Of a stretch of DNA of 64,000 nt, positions 1-8,595 are shown one piece after another. The DNA is from an uncultured Clostridia bacterium (GTDB lineage: Bacteria; Bacillota; Clostridia; Christensenellales; CAAEEZ01). The notes beneath the pieces were generated by a model. The model saw nothing but the letters and a program-made list of their open reading frames with translations, searched no databases and had not been told where the DNA came from. Both the position numbers and the translations under genes were made by a program. Positions within the stretch are counted from its first letter, which is position 1. Each line of letters begins with the position of its first letter. The DNA lies in NCBI GenBank assembly GCA_934365195.1, contig CAKRNA010000003.1, positions 183,804-247,803 on the forward strand, read 5' to 3'.

Positions 1-1138
1 CGCCTCCGCTACCGCAAAGCAGTACGATGCTACTTATTGCGATTCGGTGGTCGTTTTTGCCGTCAAGTTCTGCCGTTTTAACTTCTCCGCCCTCTATGGT
101 CAAAGCGTCGTTATAGTAATTGTTTTTTATCCCCGCTTTATCCAAAAACTCCATAATGGAACTTAGCCTGTCGCTTTCCTTTATCCTCAGCCTATCCACG
201 CCTAATAGCGTGCTTTCACCCTCCGCATTTGCCATAAGTACAGCCAAGATAGGCGCAAGGTCAGGGCAATCTTTTACGGACACGCAAGCGCCTTTTAGCC
301 TAGACTTTTTCGCCACGTATTCCCCGTCAAAAGTGATATCGCCGCCCATTTTTTTAATTATATCCACAAAGACTTTATCGCCTTGCGTAGAATCAGGGTT
401 AAGCCCTCTTACCGCCACTTTTCCGTAAAGTAAGCCAAGCGCCAACGTAAACGCTGCGTTGCTCCAATCCCCCTCGCAAACTATCTGCCTCGGGCTAATT
501 AGTCCCGTTGGGTTTACCTTGTAGCCACTTACTTCTTGCCCGAATTTTTTAATATATTGTAGCGTGATATCCACGTACTCTTTCGAGGTTAAGTCCTTAA
601 CTTTCAGCGTGCTTTCTTTATCCATTAGGCAAAATGCGATTAGTAGCCCCGTTATAAATTGCGAACTTATGCTACCGTCGATTTCGTAATCCCCTGCCTC
701 CATTTTCCCTGATACTGTAAGCGGCAAACTTTCGCTAGTAAACCTTACGCCTTTATTTTTCATAAGGTTTACGATAGGGTAAATCGGTCTTTTTTGCAGG
801 CTCTTATTTCCGACAAACGTTGCCGTTATGCCTAGCGTAGACACTATAGGAAGCAAAAACCTAAGCGTAGAACCGCTTTCGCCAACGTCCAAAGTTACGT
901 TCGTGTTAGGCTGACTTATAGGTCTTACTTCAAAGCCGTTTTCCGTTTTTTTAATATCTGCGCCCAGCGTAATTAAACAACCCACGGTGTGCTCTATATC
1001 CTTGCCGTAATTATTGCATATTATCTCGGTTTCGCCCTTTGAAAAACTTGCCAAAATCAGCAGTCTATGAAGTACCGACTTCGAACTTAAAGCGGTAACG
1101 GTACCGTCTATTAAACTTTTTTTAACGGTTAGGTTCAT
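1..1138 (-). CDS. aroA: 3-phosphoshikimate 1-carboxyvinyltransferase (EPSP synthase); the 3' end runs off the window
   Basis: Absent from the ORF track because there is no stop in the window. My translation from the ATG at 1138 gives MNLTVKKSLIDGTVTALSSKSVLHRLLILASFSKGETEI..., and NVTLDVGESGSTLRFLLPIV is in frame. The start overlaps the aroB stop (ATGA). Confidence 0.8.
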   Translation of the reverse strand, partial: MNLTVKKSLIDGTVTALSSKSVLHRLLILASFSKGETEIICNNYGKDIEHTVGCLITLGADIKKTENGFEVRPISQPNTNVTLDVGESGSTLRFLLPIVSTLGITATFVGNKSLQKRPIYPIVNLMKNKGVRFTSESLPLTVSGKMEAGDYEIDGSISSQFITGLLIAFCLMDKESTLKVKDLTSKEYVDITLQYIKKFGQEVSGYKVNPTGLISPRQIVCEGDWSNAAFTLALGLLYGKVAVRGLNPDSTQGDKVFVDIIKKMGGDITFDGEYVAKKSRLKGACVSVKDCPDLAPILAVLMANAEGESTLLGVDRLRIKESDRLSSIMEFLDKAGIKNNYYNDALTIEGGEVKTAELDGKNDHRIAISSIVLLCGSGG

Positions 1139-2145
1139 TTCAAATCCTCTAAGTTATATCTTTTGATTACGGGCTTTCCTATCCCTTCAAGAACGACTAG
1201 GTCGATAGTTTTATTATCGCCCCTTTTTTTGTCCTTTGATAAAAAGACAGTAAGATCGCCCTCGTAGTCGTACTTATCGTAGCCGTAACGCTTTACTAAG
1301 CCGATTATCTCCTCTTTTTCCTCTTTATCTATATTGCAGTAATTATTTACTATATATTCTATACCTTTTACAACGGCAACCCCGTGCGGAACTTCAAAAT
1401 CAGTCACCTTTTCAATAGCGTGCCCGAAAGTGTGCCCAAGGTTAAGTAGTTTGCGCACTCCACCCTCGTTTTCGTCCGCTTCTACGATTTTGACTTTGCA
1501 CTCGATACACAAAGTCACAAACTCCAAAAAGTTGTTTTCGTTTAAGCCCTCTTTCACTATTTCAAGTAGCCTTCCGCCCTCGAGCATTGCGTATTTTATG
1601 CCCTCGCCAAGCCCCGATATAATCTCTTTTTGCGGCAAGGTTTTAAGCGTTTTAATATCCGCAAATACAAGGCTAGGCTGGTAAAAAGCACCAACTAGGT
1701 TTTTACCCTCTGCTACGTCGATAGCCGTCTTTCCGCCGATAGAGGCGTCTAAAATAGAAAGCAAAGTAGTAGGCACGATGATATGCCTTATCCCCCTAAG
1801 ATACGTAGCCGCAACAAAGCCTGCAACGTCACTTACAACGCCGCCGCCAAGCGACAAAACCACGTCCTGTCTGGTTAGGCTGTTTTTAATTAAAACCTTA
1901 AGTATGCTTTGGTAGGTATCGAAGTTTTTGTTTTCTTCCCCCGCTTTTATCACAAAACTTACCGCCTCATAGCCTTCCTTTTCTAGCGAACTAATTACGC
2001 TATCAAGGTAAATTTTGGCGTTAGTATCGGTGATAACCGCAACTTTTCGTGGGCTTAGCAGGTTTTTACAAGCCTTGCCTAAGTTTTCCAACTCGTCTAA
2101 AACTACGCTATATTTTTTAGAGGTGTTTACTTTGATTTCAGTCAT
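1135..2145 (-). CDS. aroB: 3-dehydroquinate synthase
   Basis: 336 aa with a GGGVVSDVAGFVAATYLRGI nucleotide-binding block and HGHAIE metal-site motifs. Lies in the aro operon. Confidence 0.9.
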   Translation of the reverse strand: MTEIKVNTSKKYSVVLDELENLGKACKNLLSPRKVAVITDTNAKIYLDSVISSLEKEGYEAVSFVIKAGEENKNFDTYQSILKVLIKNSLTRQDVVLSLGGGVVSDVAGFVAATYLRGIRHIIVPTTLLSILDASIGGKTAIDVAEGKNLVGAFYQPSLVFADIKTLKTLPQKEIISGLGEGIKYAMLEGGRLLEIVKEGLNENNFLEFVTLCIECKVKIVEADENEGGVRKLLNLGHTFGHAIEKVTDFEVPHGVAVVKGIEYIVNNYCNIDKEEKEEIIGLVKRYGYDKYDYEGDLTVFLSKDKKRGDNKTIDLVVLEGIGKPVIKRYNLEDLK

Positions 2146-2998
2146 TGTTTACTCCGTTTTTTCTGGATTTTTCCGCCGATTCTTTTAGTGCGTTACCTTT
2201 TTGTAACAACTCTTTTAAAAGTTCCTCGTTGCCGCTATCTATTGCGTTTTTGTACTGCTGCAAATTATTGATTAAATCGTCTATTTGCGGCGACAAATTA
2301 TCTCGGTTTTCTATCATAAGTTCCGCCCACATTGTAGGCTCTAATTTTGCCACCCTCGTCATATCCCTAAAACTGCCTGCCGAATAGCCCACGTGCTTTT
2401 GCGACAGCGGATTTTTTATATATGCGCTAGACACGACGTGTGCCAGTTGCGAGGTGTAACTGATGATTTCGTCGTGAGTACTGCTATCGGTGATTACCAC
2501 GTTCAAACAGCCTAGGCTAATCCAAAACGCCTTTAACGAAGCGGTGGTTTTGATATCGCCGTTCACCGTTACTAATATAAAGAACGCCCTATCAAGCAAA
2601 TTACCGGTTGAGTGTGCTATTCCCGAAAACTCTCTTCCTGCCATCGGGTGTCCGCCGTAGTACTTAATCTTAGGGTAAGCCTTGGCAAGTTTTTTCATCT
2701 CGTCAACCACTATCCTCTTGTTGCCGCAACAGTCCACTATCACCGTGCCGTCCTTTAATTTTGGCGAGATTTCCTTTATGATATTTATGGCAATACGAGG
2801 ATTAGTAGCCACTATCACCATATCTATTTTACCATAATCTTCCAAAGTTAGTACGTGGTTAATTGCTTTTAACATTTTTGCTTTCAGCAAACTGTCCTCG
2901 CTTACGTCAAAGCCGTAAACCACGTTGTCGGTATTTTTTATTATGCTTCTTCCTATCGAGCCGCCTATTAGCCCCAGCCCGAATATTGCTATATTCAT
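2138..2998 (-). CDS. tyrA: prephenate dehydrogenase
   Basis: 286 aa. N-terminal Rossmann motif MNIAIFGLGLIGGS and an HPMAG motif. Overlaps aroB by 8 nt. Confidence 0.85.
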   Translation of the reverse strand: MNIAIFGLGLIGGSIGRSIIKNTDNVVYGFDVSEDSLLKAKMLKAINHVLTLEDYGKIDMVIVATNPRIAINIIKEISPKLKDGTVIVDCCGNKRIVVDEMKKLAKAYPKIKYYGGHPMAGREFSGIAHSTGNLLDRAFFILVTVNGDIKTTASLKAFWISLGCLNVVITDSSTHDEIISYTSQLAHVVSSAYIKNPLSQKHVGYSAGSFRDMTRVAKLEPTMWAELMIENRDNLSPQIDDLINNLQQYKNAIDSGNEELLKELLQKGNALKESAEKSRKNGVNND

Positions 2999-2999
2999 A

Positions 3000-4004
3000 C
3001 TAGCCTCTTACTACCTCTAAAATCTTCTTTACGTCCTTTACTACTTCCTCGAATTGCTCCGGTTTTAGCGATTGTGCGCCGTCGCATAATGCGTGTTGCG
3101 GGTCGTTGTGAACCTCTATTAGCAAGCCGTCGCAACCACAAGCAGCCGAAGCCCTTGCCATAGGTCTTACCAGCCTGTTTATGCCCGATGCGTGCGACGG
3201 ATCGACAATTACGGGTAGGTGCGTTTTCTCTTTAAGTAGCGGAACGGCAGATAGGTCTAAGGTGTTTCTCGTGTACGGCTCGAAAGTACGGATACCCCTT
3301 TCGCAAAGTATTACCCTCTCGTTGCCCTCGCTCATAATGTACTCGGCGCTCATAAGCCACTCTTCCATAGTATTTGCTAGCCCTCTTTTTAGTAAAACAG
3401 GCTTGTCCAGTTTGCCTAATTCTTTAAGTAGTTCGAAGTTTTGCATATTCCTTGCGCCGACTTGAATTAAATCAACGTCCTCAAAGTCCTTTATAAAGTG
3501 GTCGCTCATAATCTCTGACACGATAGGTAGCCCCGTCACTTCTCTTGCTTTTTTAAGTAAGTCCAGCCCCTCTACTCCAAGCCCTTGGAACGCATACGGC
3601 GAAGTTCTAGGCTTAAACGCACCGCCTCTTAGCATCGTTGCGCCCGCTTTTTTCACAGCCTCGGCAATACTGATTACTTGCTTTTCACTCTCCACGCTGC
3701 AAGGTCCTGCTATAATTTGGAAATTGTTTCCGCCAAACTTCACGCCGCTTACGTCGATAATGCTATCCTCAGGGTGAAATTTGCGGTTTGCATTCTTAAA
3801 AGGCTCTTGAATACGGTTTACGCTGTCTACGATATCAAGCGAACGTATTAGGTCGATATCCACTTTGCTGGTATCTCCTATTAGTCCAAGAATGGTACTT
3901 TCCACGCCGTTGGATTCGTGAACGTCAAGTCCTAGCCCTTTTATCCAACTAATCAGGCTTTCGGTTTGCTCTTTGTCGTGTGGCGACTTTAAGGTAATAA
4001 TCAT
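3000..4004 (-). CDS. aroF: 3-deoxy-7-phosphoheptulonate (DAHP) synthase, type I-beta with an N-terminal regulatory domain
   Basis: 334 aa with GPCSVES, KPRTSPY and DPSHA motifs of the KDO8P/DAHP synthase I-beta family. First gene of the operon. Confidence 0.9.
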   Translation of the reverse strand: MIITLKSPHDKEQTESLISWIKGLGLDVHESNGVESTILGLIGDTSKVDIDLIRSLDIVDSVNRIQEPFKNANRKFHPEDSIIDVSGVKFGGNNFQIIAGPCSVESEKQVISIAEAVKKAGATMLRGGAFKPRTSPYAFQGLGVEGLDLLKKAREVTGLPIVSEIMSDHFIKDFEDVDLIQVGARNMQNFELLKELGKLDKPVLLKRGLANTMEEWLMSAEYIMSEGNERVILCERGIRTFEPYTRNTLDLSAVPLLKEKTHLPVIVDPSHASGINRLVRPMARASAACGCDGLLIEVHNDPQHALCDGAQSLKPEQFEEVVKDVKKILEVVRG

Positions 4005-4018
4005 TTTGTTTCTCCTAT

Positions 4019-4049
4019 AAAAAAACCGCCCTTAGTTTGTAAAGGCGGT
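4019..4049 (-). terminator. intrinsic terminator (attenuator) in the aro operon leader
   Basis: Minus strand reads ACCGCCTTT-ACAAACT-AAGGGCGGT, a 9 bp stem including one G-U pair, followed by six T. It ends about 13 nt before the aroF SD (GGAGA). Confidence 0.75.
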
Positions 4050-4078
4050 AAAATTCATCAATATATTTTCAATTTATT

Positions 4079-4159
4079 TTAACCGCATACCAAACAAGAC
4101 TTACCGTAATAGTAAGCCGAAAAATAGAAATAAACGTTGTTTGATAATACTTTTTTCAT
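4079..4159 (-). CDS. aromatic-amino-acid leader peptide, 26 aa: MKKVLSNNVYFYFSAYYYGKSCLVCG
   Basis: My own translation. SD AAAGAGG lies 8 nt upstream of the ATG. There are 5 Tyr and 2 Phe within 9 residues. It sits between a consensus promoter and the terminator, and its stop codon lies inside the antiterminator arm. Confidence 0.7.
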   Translation of the reverse strand: MKKVLSNNVYFYFSAYYYGKSCLVCG

Positions 4160-4185
4160 AAAATAAACCTCTTTGCTACATTGTT

Positions 4186-4214
4186 ATTCTATTACCACAG
4201 GCAAAAACTGTCAA
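4186..4214 (-). promoter_or_regulatory. sigma-A type promoter of the aro operon
   Basis: Minus strand TTGACA, 17 nt spacer, TAGAAT. Confidence 0.65.
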
Positions 4215-4241
4215 GTATTTTTAAAACAAATTAACTTTTGC

Positions 4242-5060
4242 CTATTTTTTTAGGTTTTCCAGTAAGAAAGGTATCGCCTTTTCAAAAGAAACGCCGTACC
4301 AATGCTCGCTACTCGTCAGTTTTATGCTGTCAAGCACGAACTTAATCGCCACTTTCACGGCTTTTTCAATGCTTTCGCCGTTAAACAAACAGCCCGCAAG
4401 CGACGAAGCGAAAACGTCGCCCGTTCCGTGATAGGACTTTGGTATTCTTTCGCTAAATTCGTACCTAATCGCCCCGTCGTAGTAGCAAACGCCCATCTTG
4501 TCCTCTTCAAAACTTACGCCCGTTAGCACCACGTTTTTAGGGCAAATTTCCCTTAGTTTTTGAATAAGCCCCTCGATATATTCCTTGCTTTGACTATTAG
4601 AGAATTTCTCCCCCGTCAAAAGACAAGCCTCGGTAATATTAGGCACGATTACGTCGGCACGGCTAAGTAGTTTTTTGTTGCTTTCAGGGTAAGTTTGATT
4701 AAACCCGCCGTACAAACTACCGTCATCGCCCATAACCGGATCAACGATAACAAGCCCGCCTTCGTTAAGCCTATCGTCTATTAGCCTAATCACTTGGTCA
4801 ATTTGCTTTTCGCTGCCAAGATACCCCGTGTAAATTCCGTCGAACTTAATATCGTTTTTTTGCCAAAATTCTAGTATTTTGTCAAACTCATTAGACAGGT
4901 CTAGGTAGGAATAGCCGTTAAACCCGGTGGTGTGATTGCTAAGCACCGACGTTGGCAAAATCGCCGTTTCCAACCCCATACTAGATAGAACGGGAAGCGC
5001 AACGGTAATGGAGCATTGCCCGACGCAAGATATATCCTGAACGGTAAGTATCCGTTTCAC
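4242..5060 (-). CDS. pdxK: pyridoxal/pyridoxine/pyridoxamine kinase
   Basis: 272 aa of the ribokinase-like PdxK family (ILTVQDISCVGQCS..., GTGDVFAS near the C-terminus). Confidence 0.8.
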   Translation of the reverse strand: MKRILTVQDISCVGQCSITVALPVLSSMGLETAILPTSVLSNHTTGFNGYSYLDLSNEFDKILEFWQKNDIKFDGIYTGYLGSEKQIDQVIRLIDDRLNEGGLVIVDPVMGDDGSLYGGFNQTYPESNKKLLSRADVIVPNITEACLLTGEKFSNSQSKEYIEGLIQKLREICPKNVVLTGVSFEEDKMGVCYYDGAIRYEFSERIPKSYHGTGDVFASSLAGCLFNGESIEKAVKVAIKFVLDSIKLTSSEHWYGVSFEKAIPFLLENLKK

Positions 5061-5581
5061 TATTTAACCCTCTTGTAGTTGCCGGTAAGCACGCCCATTT
5101 GCATTTCAAACGGCATATCGCCCTTTTTAATAAAGCCCATAATAGTGGTTTCGATAAGTTCAATGGTCATTTCCGTGCCCTTTTTAGTCATGTAAGCGTA
5201 CCTGATTTGTGCCCCTGCCGACTTAAATCTAGCGGTTTGGATAGGCTCGTAGCCCTCTTTTTTCATCTCCTCGATAGTCTTATCAAGGTTTTTGGTGTTG
5301 AACATTACGTGGTGGATTGCCTCGCCGTTTTTAGCGTAAAAATCCGTGTAATAGTTGCTGTCGCCCCTAGTTTGTATAAGTTCCATTTTGGTAGTACCCT
5401 TTCCGCCAAAGTACAAGGTTACGTCGCAGTTTCTATCTTCGCCCTTATACTTAAATTCTTCAAAAGGAGTGGCGTTAAGCCTGTACCATTTTTTAATTCC
5501 AAGCGCTTTGGAATATTCCTCTTTTGCCTTTTCGATATCCTCTACGACAATGCCGTAGTGATTACATTTACCTAATTTCAT
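5060..5581 (-). CDS. VOC (glyoxalase/bleomycin-resistance/dioxygenase) family protein
   Basis: 173 aa. N-terminal HYGIVVEDIEKA beta-alpha-beta-beta-beta module and a second HHVMF module. Overlaps the pdxK start by 1 nt. Confidence 0.55.
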   Translation of the reverse strand: MKLGKCNHYGIVVEDIEKAKEEYSKALGIKKWYRLNATPFEEFKYKGEDRNCDVTLYFGGKGTTKMELIQTRGDSNYYTDFYAKNGEAIHHVMFNTKNLDKTIEEMKKEGYEPIQTARFKSAGAQIRYAYMTKKGTEMTIELIETTIMGFIKKGDMPFEMQMGVLTGNYKRVK

Positions 5582-5614
5582 AAGTCCCTCGCTTAATTAA
5601 ATAATACGTAAAAT

Positions 5615-5643
5615 ATTATATAGTAAACAAATAATATTATCAA
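5615..5643 (-). promoter_or_regulatory. sigma-A type promoter of the VOC-pdxK pair
   Basis: Minus strand TTGATA, 17 nt spacer, TATAAT, about 30 nt upstream of the ATG. Confidence 0.5.
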
Positions 5644-5978
5644 CAATACTCGTGTTTTTTTTGCTCATTTTGAAAATAACTTAAAAGTTTTTTAACTTCT
5701 AAGTAACGTACATATTCCCACCCGTTCATTTATTTAGGTTTTTTTAATACTCATAAATGCTGATATTTTCATCCGTTCATACTTGGCTTTTAACCGTTTT
5801 TAGTATTTTCTTTACAAATCTTTTATCCATAAGGCTTTAAGCCTCCACAAAATATTAGCCACATACACAAGCATATTAGTAAATACCAACTTGCGTTTTG
5901 CGAAACCAACCCGATAATATATCCCTCGCCTAAGCCTTTTAGCAAAAAGTCGTGGCATAGTAACGTAAAAAATGCAAC

Positions 5979-6002
5979 AAAAAAAGCAGCCATCAGGCTG
6001 CT
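5979..6002 (-). terminator. intrinsic terminator of gap
   Basis: AGCAGCC-TGAT-GGCTGCT followed by six T on the minus strand, 17 nt after the gap stop. Confidence 0.8.
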
Positions 6003-6018
6003 TTTAGTTTTGTTTATA

Positions 6019-7035
6019 TTACTTTAATTCAGCAAAGTATTTGATAGTTCTTACCATTTGAGTGGTGTAAGAATTCTCGTTGTCGTACCAAGAAACAACT
6101 TGTACTTGGGTGGTTTTGTCGTCGATAGGGCAAACCATAGTTTGAGTAGCGTCAAACAATGAACCATATCTCATTCCGATGATATCAGAAGAAACGATTT
6201 CCTCCTCGTTGTAGCCGTAAGACTCGTTAGCGCTTGCTTTCATAAACTCGTTGATTTGCTCTTTGGTAACTACGCCATCAACAACAGCAACCAAAATGGT
6301 GGTAGAACCGGTTGGGGTAGGTACTCTTTGTGCAGAACCGATAAGTTTGCCGTTTAACTCCGGAATAACAAGACCGATTGCCTTAGCAGCGCCGGTGCTG
6401 TTTGGAACGATGTTCAAAGCAGCCGCTCTAGAACGACGAAGGTCGCCTTTTCTTTGTGGTCCGTCAAGAGTCATTTGGTCACCGGTGTAAGAGTGAATGG
6501 TAGACATAATACCGCTCTTGATAGGAACTAACTTGTTCAAAGCGTCAGCCATAGGAGCAAGACAGTTGGTGGTACAAGAAGCAGCAGAAATGATTTGGTC
6601 GGTTGGTTTCAAGGTGTCGTGGTTTACGTTGTAAACGATAGTAGGAAGGTCCTTTCCTGCAGGAGCAGAAATAACAACTTTCTTAGCGCCAGCGGTGATG
6701 TGAGCCATAGATTTCTCTTTTGAGCAGTAGAAACCGGTACACTCCAAAACAACGTCAACACCGATTTCGCCCCAAGGTAACTCTGCAGCGTTTGCTTTTG
6801 CGTAGATTTTGATTTCTTTTCCGTCAACGATGATAGAATCTTCGGTAGCAGAAACTTTATCAGCCAAAGCATATTTTCCTTGAGAAGAATCGTACTTCAA
6901 TAAGTGAGCCAACATTTTAGGGCTGGTAAGGTCGTTGATAGCAACAACTTCATAACCCTCTGCACCAAACATTTGTCTAAATGCAAGACGTCCGATACGG
7001 CCGAAACCGTTGATAGCTACTTTTACATTTGCCAT
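6019..7035 (-). CDS. gap: glyceraldehyde-3-phosphate dehydrogenase
   Basis: [11 protein letters not shown] and SCTTNC motifs. I place the start at MANVKV (7035) because GGAGGA lies 10 nt upstream; the track ORF extends to 7053. Confidence 0.95.
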   Translation of the reverse strand: MANVKVAINGFGRIGRLAFRQMFGAEGYEVVAINDLTSPKMLAHLLKYDSSQGKYALADKVSATEDSIIVDGKEIKIYAKANAAELPWGEIGVDVVLECTGFYCSKEKSMAHITAGAKKVVISAPAGKDLPTIVYNVNHDTLKPTDQIISAASCTTNCLAPMADALNKLVPIKSGIMSTIHSYTGDQMTLDGPQRKGDLRRSRAAALNIVPNSTGAAKAIGLVIPELNGKLIGSAQRVPTPTGSTTILVAVVDGVVTKEQINEFMKASANESYGYNEEEIVSSDIIGMRYGSLFDATQTMVCPIDDKTTQVQVVSWYDNENSYTTQMVRTIKYFAELK

Positions 7036-7083
7036 AATATTATATTCCTCCAAAATGTATTCATTTTTATATTTACTGACAAT

Positions 7084-7112
7084 ATTTTAACAATTATATT
7101 GAATTATGGCAA
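7084..7112 (-). promoter_or_regulatory. sigma-A type promoter of gap
   Basis: Minus strand TTGCCA, 17 nt spacer, TAAAAT. Confidence 0.5.
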
Positions 7113-7222
7113 GTAATTTTATTCAAAAGTTGAAAATTATATATTATTTGTGCCAAACCGCCCCAAAACGATATCATAGTTAAAAATTACGCTATGCAAT
7201 ATTTAATTTTACTCAATTTATT

Positions 7223-7252
7223 AAAAATCCCGACAAAATAATTCGTCGGGAT
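7223..7252 (-). terminator. intrinsic terminator of the M48 peptidase gene
   Basis: ATCCCGAC-10 nt loop-GTCGGGAT followed by TTTTAA on the minus strand, directly after the stop. Confidence 0.6.
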
Positions 7253-7258
7253 ATATTA

Positions 7259-8122
7259 CTATGCTAAGTTTTCTAATCTTTTTTGCACAACAGGATGTGT
7301 ACTGGTCATTTTCTCAAACAATGACATATTCTTCACTTCTCCCTCGTTTGCCCAATTTAACAACCTTTCCAGTCCTTCTTGATATCCTAAATCTTTTGCT
7401 ATGTTGTCGGCAATAATTTCACATTTTCGCATTGAAAAAGTTACTAGCAATACGCCAATTAAATCCCAAATATACATAATAAGCCCAAGAATAACCACGT
7501 TAATTACAAAATATGCTCCTCGTGAAATAGTTACACCGAAAATTGTAAAAAATTTCACCACTAATGAGCCAACGAATCTGTATATTAAAAACATTAACGA
7601 CACGACGATATTTCCAACCTTTACCGATTGCAATTTAAAAGAATCACTATTTATAATATGTCCCAGTTCGTGAGCAAAAACTGCTTTTATAACGTCTTCG
7701 TCACACTCTGCTAGTATGTTATGCATTACTACCGTTTTTTTCCCACAAGCAAAAGCGTTTAACACGTTATCGAATTTTACGTATAATTTCACGTCTTTTG
7801 GAAGTTTATATCCCTTTTCAATAGCGTTAGACAATACTTCGTCAAATAGTTCTTGCATTCTTGCCCCATTCTCTAACCTATCCAAACTCTTGCAGCAATA
7901 AATTACTCTCATCATCCACTCGCCAACAAAAGAAAACGCTATAATTTGACCTATCAAATATACGCCAATTCCTGCCACTCCACTTAATATTCGATTGTTA
8001 AACCAACTAAAATTAAAAAAATAAAAACCGAAAAACACTAAAACTAAATTAAGTATTTGATAAAATAATACGGAAATATTCCTTTTGTAAAATAAACTTT
8101 TTACGTAATTAAAATAATACAT
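7259..8122 (-). CDS. M48-family (HtpX-like) integral-membrane zinc metalloprotease
   Basis: 287 aa with an HELGH zinc motif, a downstream glutamate (RKCEIIADN), a C-terminal STHP motif and several hydrophobic helices. Confidence 0.8.
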   Translation of the reverse strand: MYYFNYVKSLFYKRNISVLFYQILNLVLVFFGFYFFNFSWFNNRILSGVAGIGVYLIGQIIAFSFVGEWMMRVIYCCKSLDRLENGARMQELFDEVLSNAIEKGYKLPKDVKLYVKFDNVLNAFACGKKTVVMHNILAECDEDVIKAVFAHELGHIINSDSFKLQSVKVGNIVVSLMFLIYRFVGSLVVKFFTIFGVTISRGAYFVINVVILGLIMYIWDLIGVLLVTFSMRKCEIIADNIAKDLGYQEGLERLLNWANEGEVKNMSLFEKMTSTHPVVQKRLENLA

Positions 8123-8151
8123 AAATCCTCTCCCTTTTATTATTTAATTAC

Positions 8152-8180
8152 ATTATATATTCGTTTTTCGAATATGTCAA
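8152..8180 (-). promoter_or_regulatory. consensus sigma-A promoter of the M48 peptidase gene with an operator in its spacer
   Basis: Minus strand TTGACA, 17 nt spacer, TATAAT. The spacer is the palindrome ATATTCG-N5-CGAATAT. Confidence 0.65.
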
Positions 8181-8309
8181 TATTTTTATTCTTTTTAAGA
8201 ATATTTATTGCTTTGTATATCGTGTTTGTTAAAATCACTCTTTAAATTATAAAAAATATTATAATATTCGTTTTTAGAATATTTTAAGATAAAAATTCGT
8301 ATATGGAAT
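8157..8309. promoter_or_regulatory. four ATTC-N7-GAAT inverted-repeat operators in two pairs
   Basis: O1 8157-8175 ATATTCGTTTTTCGAATAT. O2 8187-8203 TATTCTTTTTAAGAATA. O3 8263-8283 AATATTCGTTTTTAGAATATT. O4 8295-8309 ATTCGTATATGGAAT. Centres within each pair are 29 bp apart. Confidence 0.6.
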
Positions 8310-8352
8310 AAACTAGCATTATAAACTACTTCGTATATAATAAACAATCACT

Positions 8353-8559
8353 ATGAACAAATTTGCAGAAAATCTAAAATTATATAGAAATGCCGATGGC
8401 ATATCTCAAAAGCGTTTAGCCGATATATGCAAGGTTTCGCAATGCACTATTGCTAAATGGGAAAACGAATATCAGCAACCTGATATTGATATGCTGATTT
8501 TACTTGCCGACTTGTTCAAGATTAGCATAGACGACCTAGTAGGAAGAGAAAATACTTAA
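8353..8559 (+). CDS. XRE-family helix-turn-helix transcriptional regulator
   Basis: 68 aa with an ISQKRLADICKVSQCTIAKWENE HTH_3-type motif. No SD is present, and TATAAT lies at 8336-8341, 11 nt upstream of the ATG. Confidence 0.85.
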   Translation: MNKFAENLKLYRNADGISQKRLADICKVSQCTIAKWENEYQQPDIDMLILLADLFKISIDDLVGRENT

Positions 8560-8590
8560 AAAGGCTACCATAAAGTAGCCTTTTATTTTT
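8558..8590. terminator. bidirectional intrinsic terminator between the XRE gene and the aminopeptidase gene
   Basis: AAAAGGCTAC-CATAAA-GTAGCCTTTT with T-rich tracts on both strands. Confidence 0.75.
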
Positions 8591-8595
8591 GGTTG

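Noticed and set aside
4005-4185. T-box riboswitch as the aro operon leader.
   Set aside because: The leader is only about 160 nt. It lacks the conserved T-box sequence (GGGTGGTACCGCG-like) and a specifier-loop architecture. A translated Tyr/Phe-rich ORF explains the terminator/antiterminator pair better.
5099-5575. Long antisense ORFs in the track. Examples are 5099-5575, 62980-63540, 37194-37649, 30984-31424, 28727-29119, 24138-24539, 120-428 and 45674-46003.
   Set aside because: Each lies fully inside, and opposite to, a gene with clear family motifs. They have no SD and low-complexity or odd composition. They are frame shadows of the real genes.
5823-5831. DnaA-box-like 9-mers, TTATCCATA here and one- or two-mismatch copies near 11070, 12843 and 39680, as a possible replication origin.
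   Set aside because: They are isolated single copies with mismatches. They do not cluster, there is no adjacent AT-rich unwinding element pattern, and dnaA/dnaN are absent.
7259-8559. XRE plus metalloprotease as an ImmR/ImmA-type mobile-element or prophage module.
   Set aside because: The protease is a polytopic HtpX/M48-type membrane enzyme rather than a soluble ImmA/COG2856 protein. There is no integrase, recombinase, phage gene or att-like repeat nearby.
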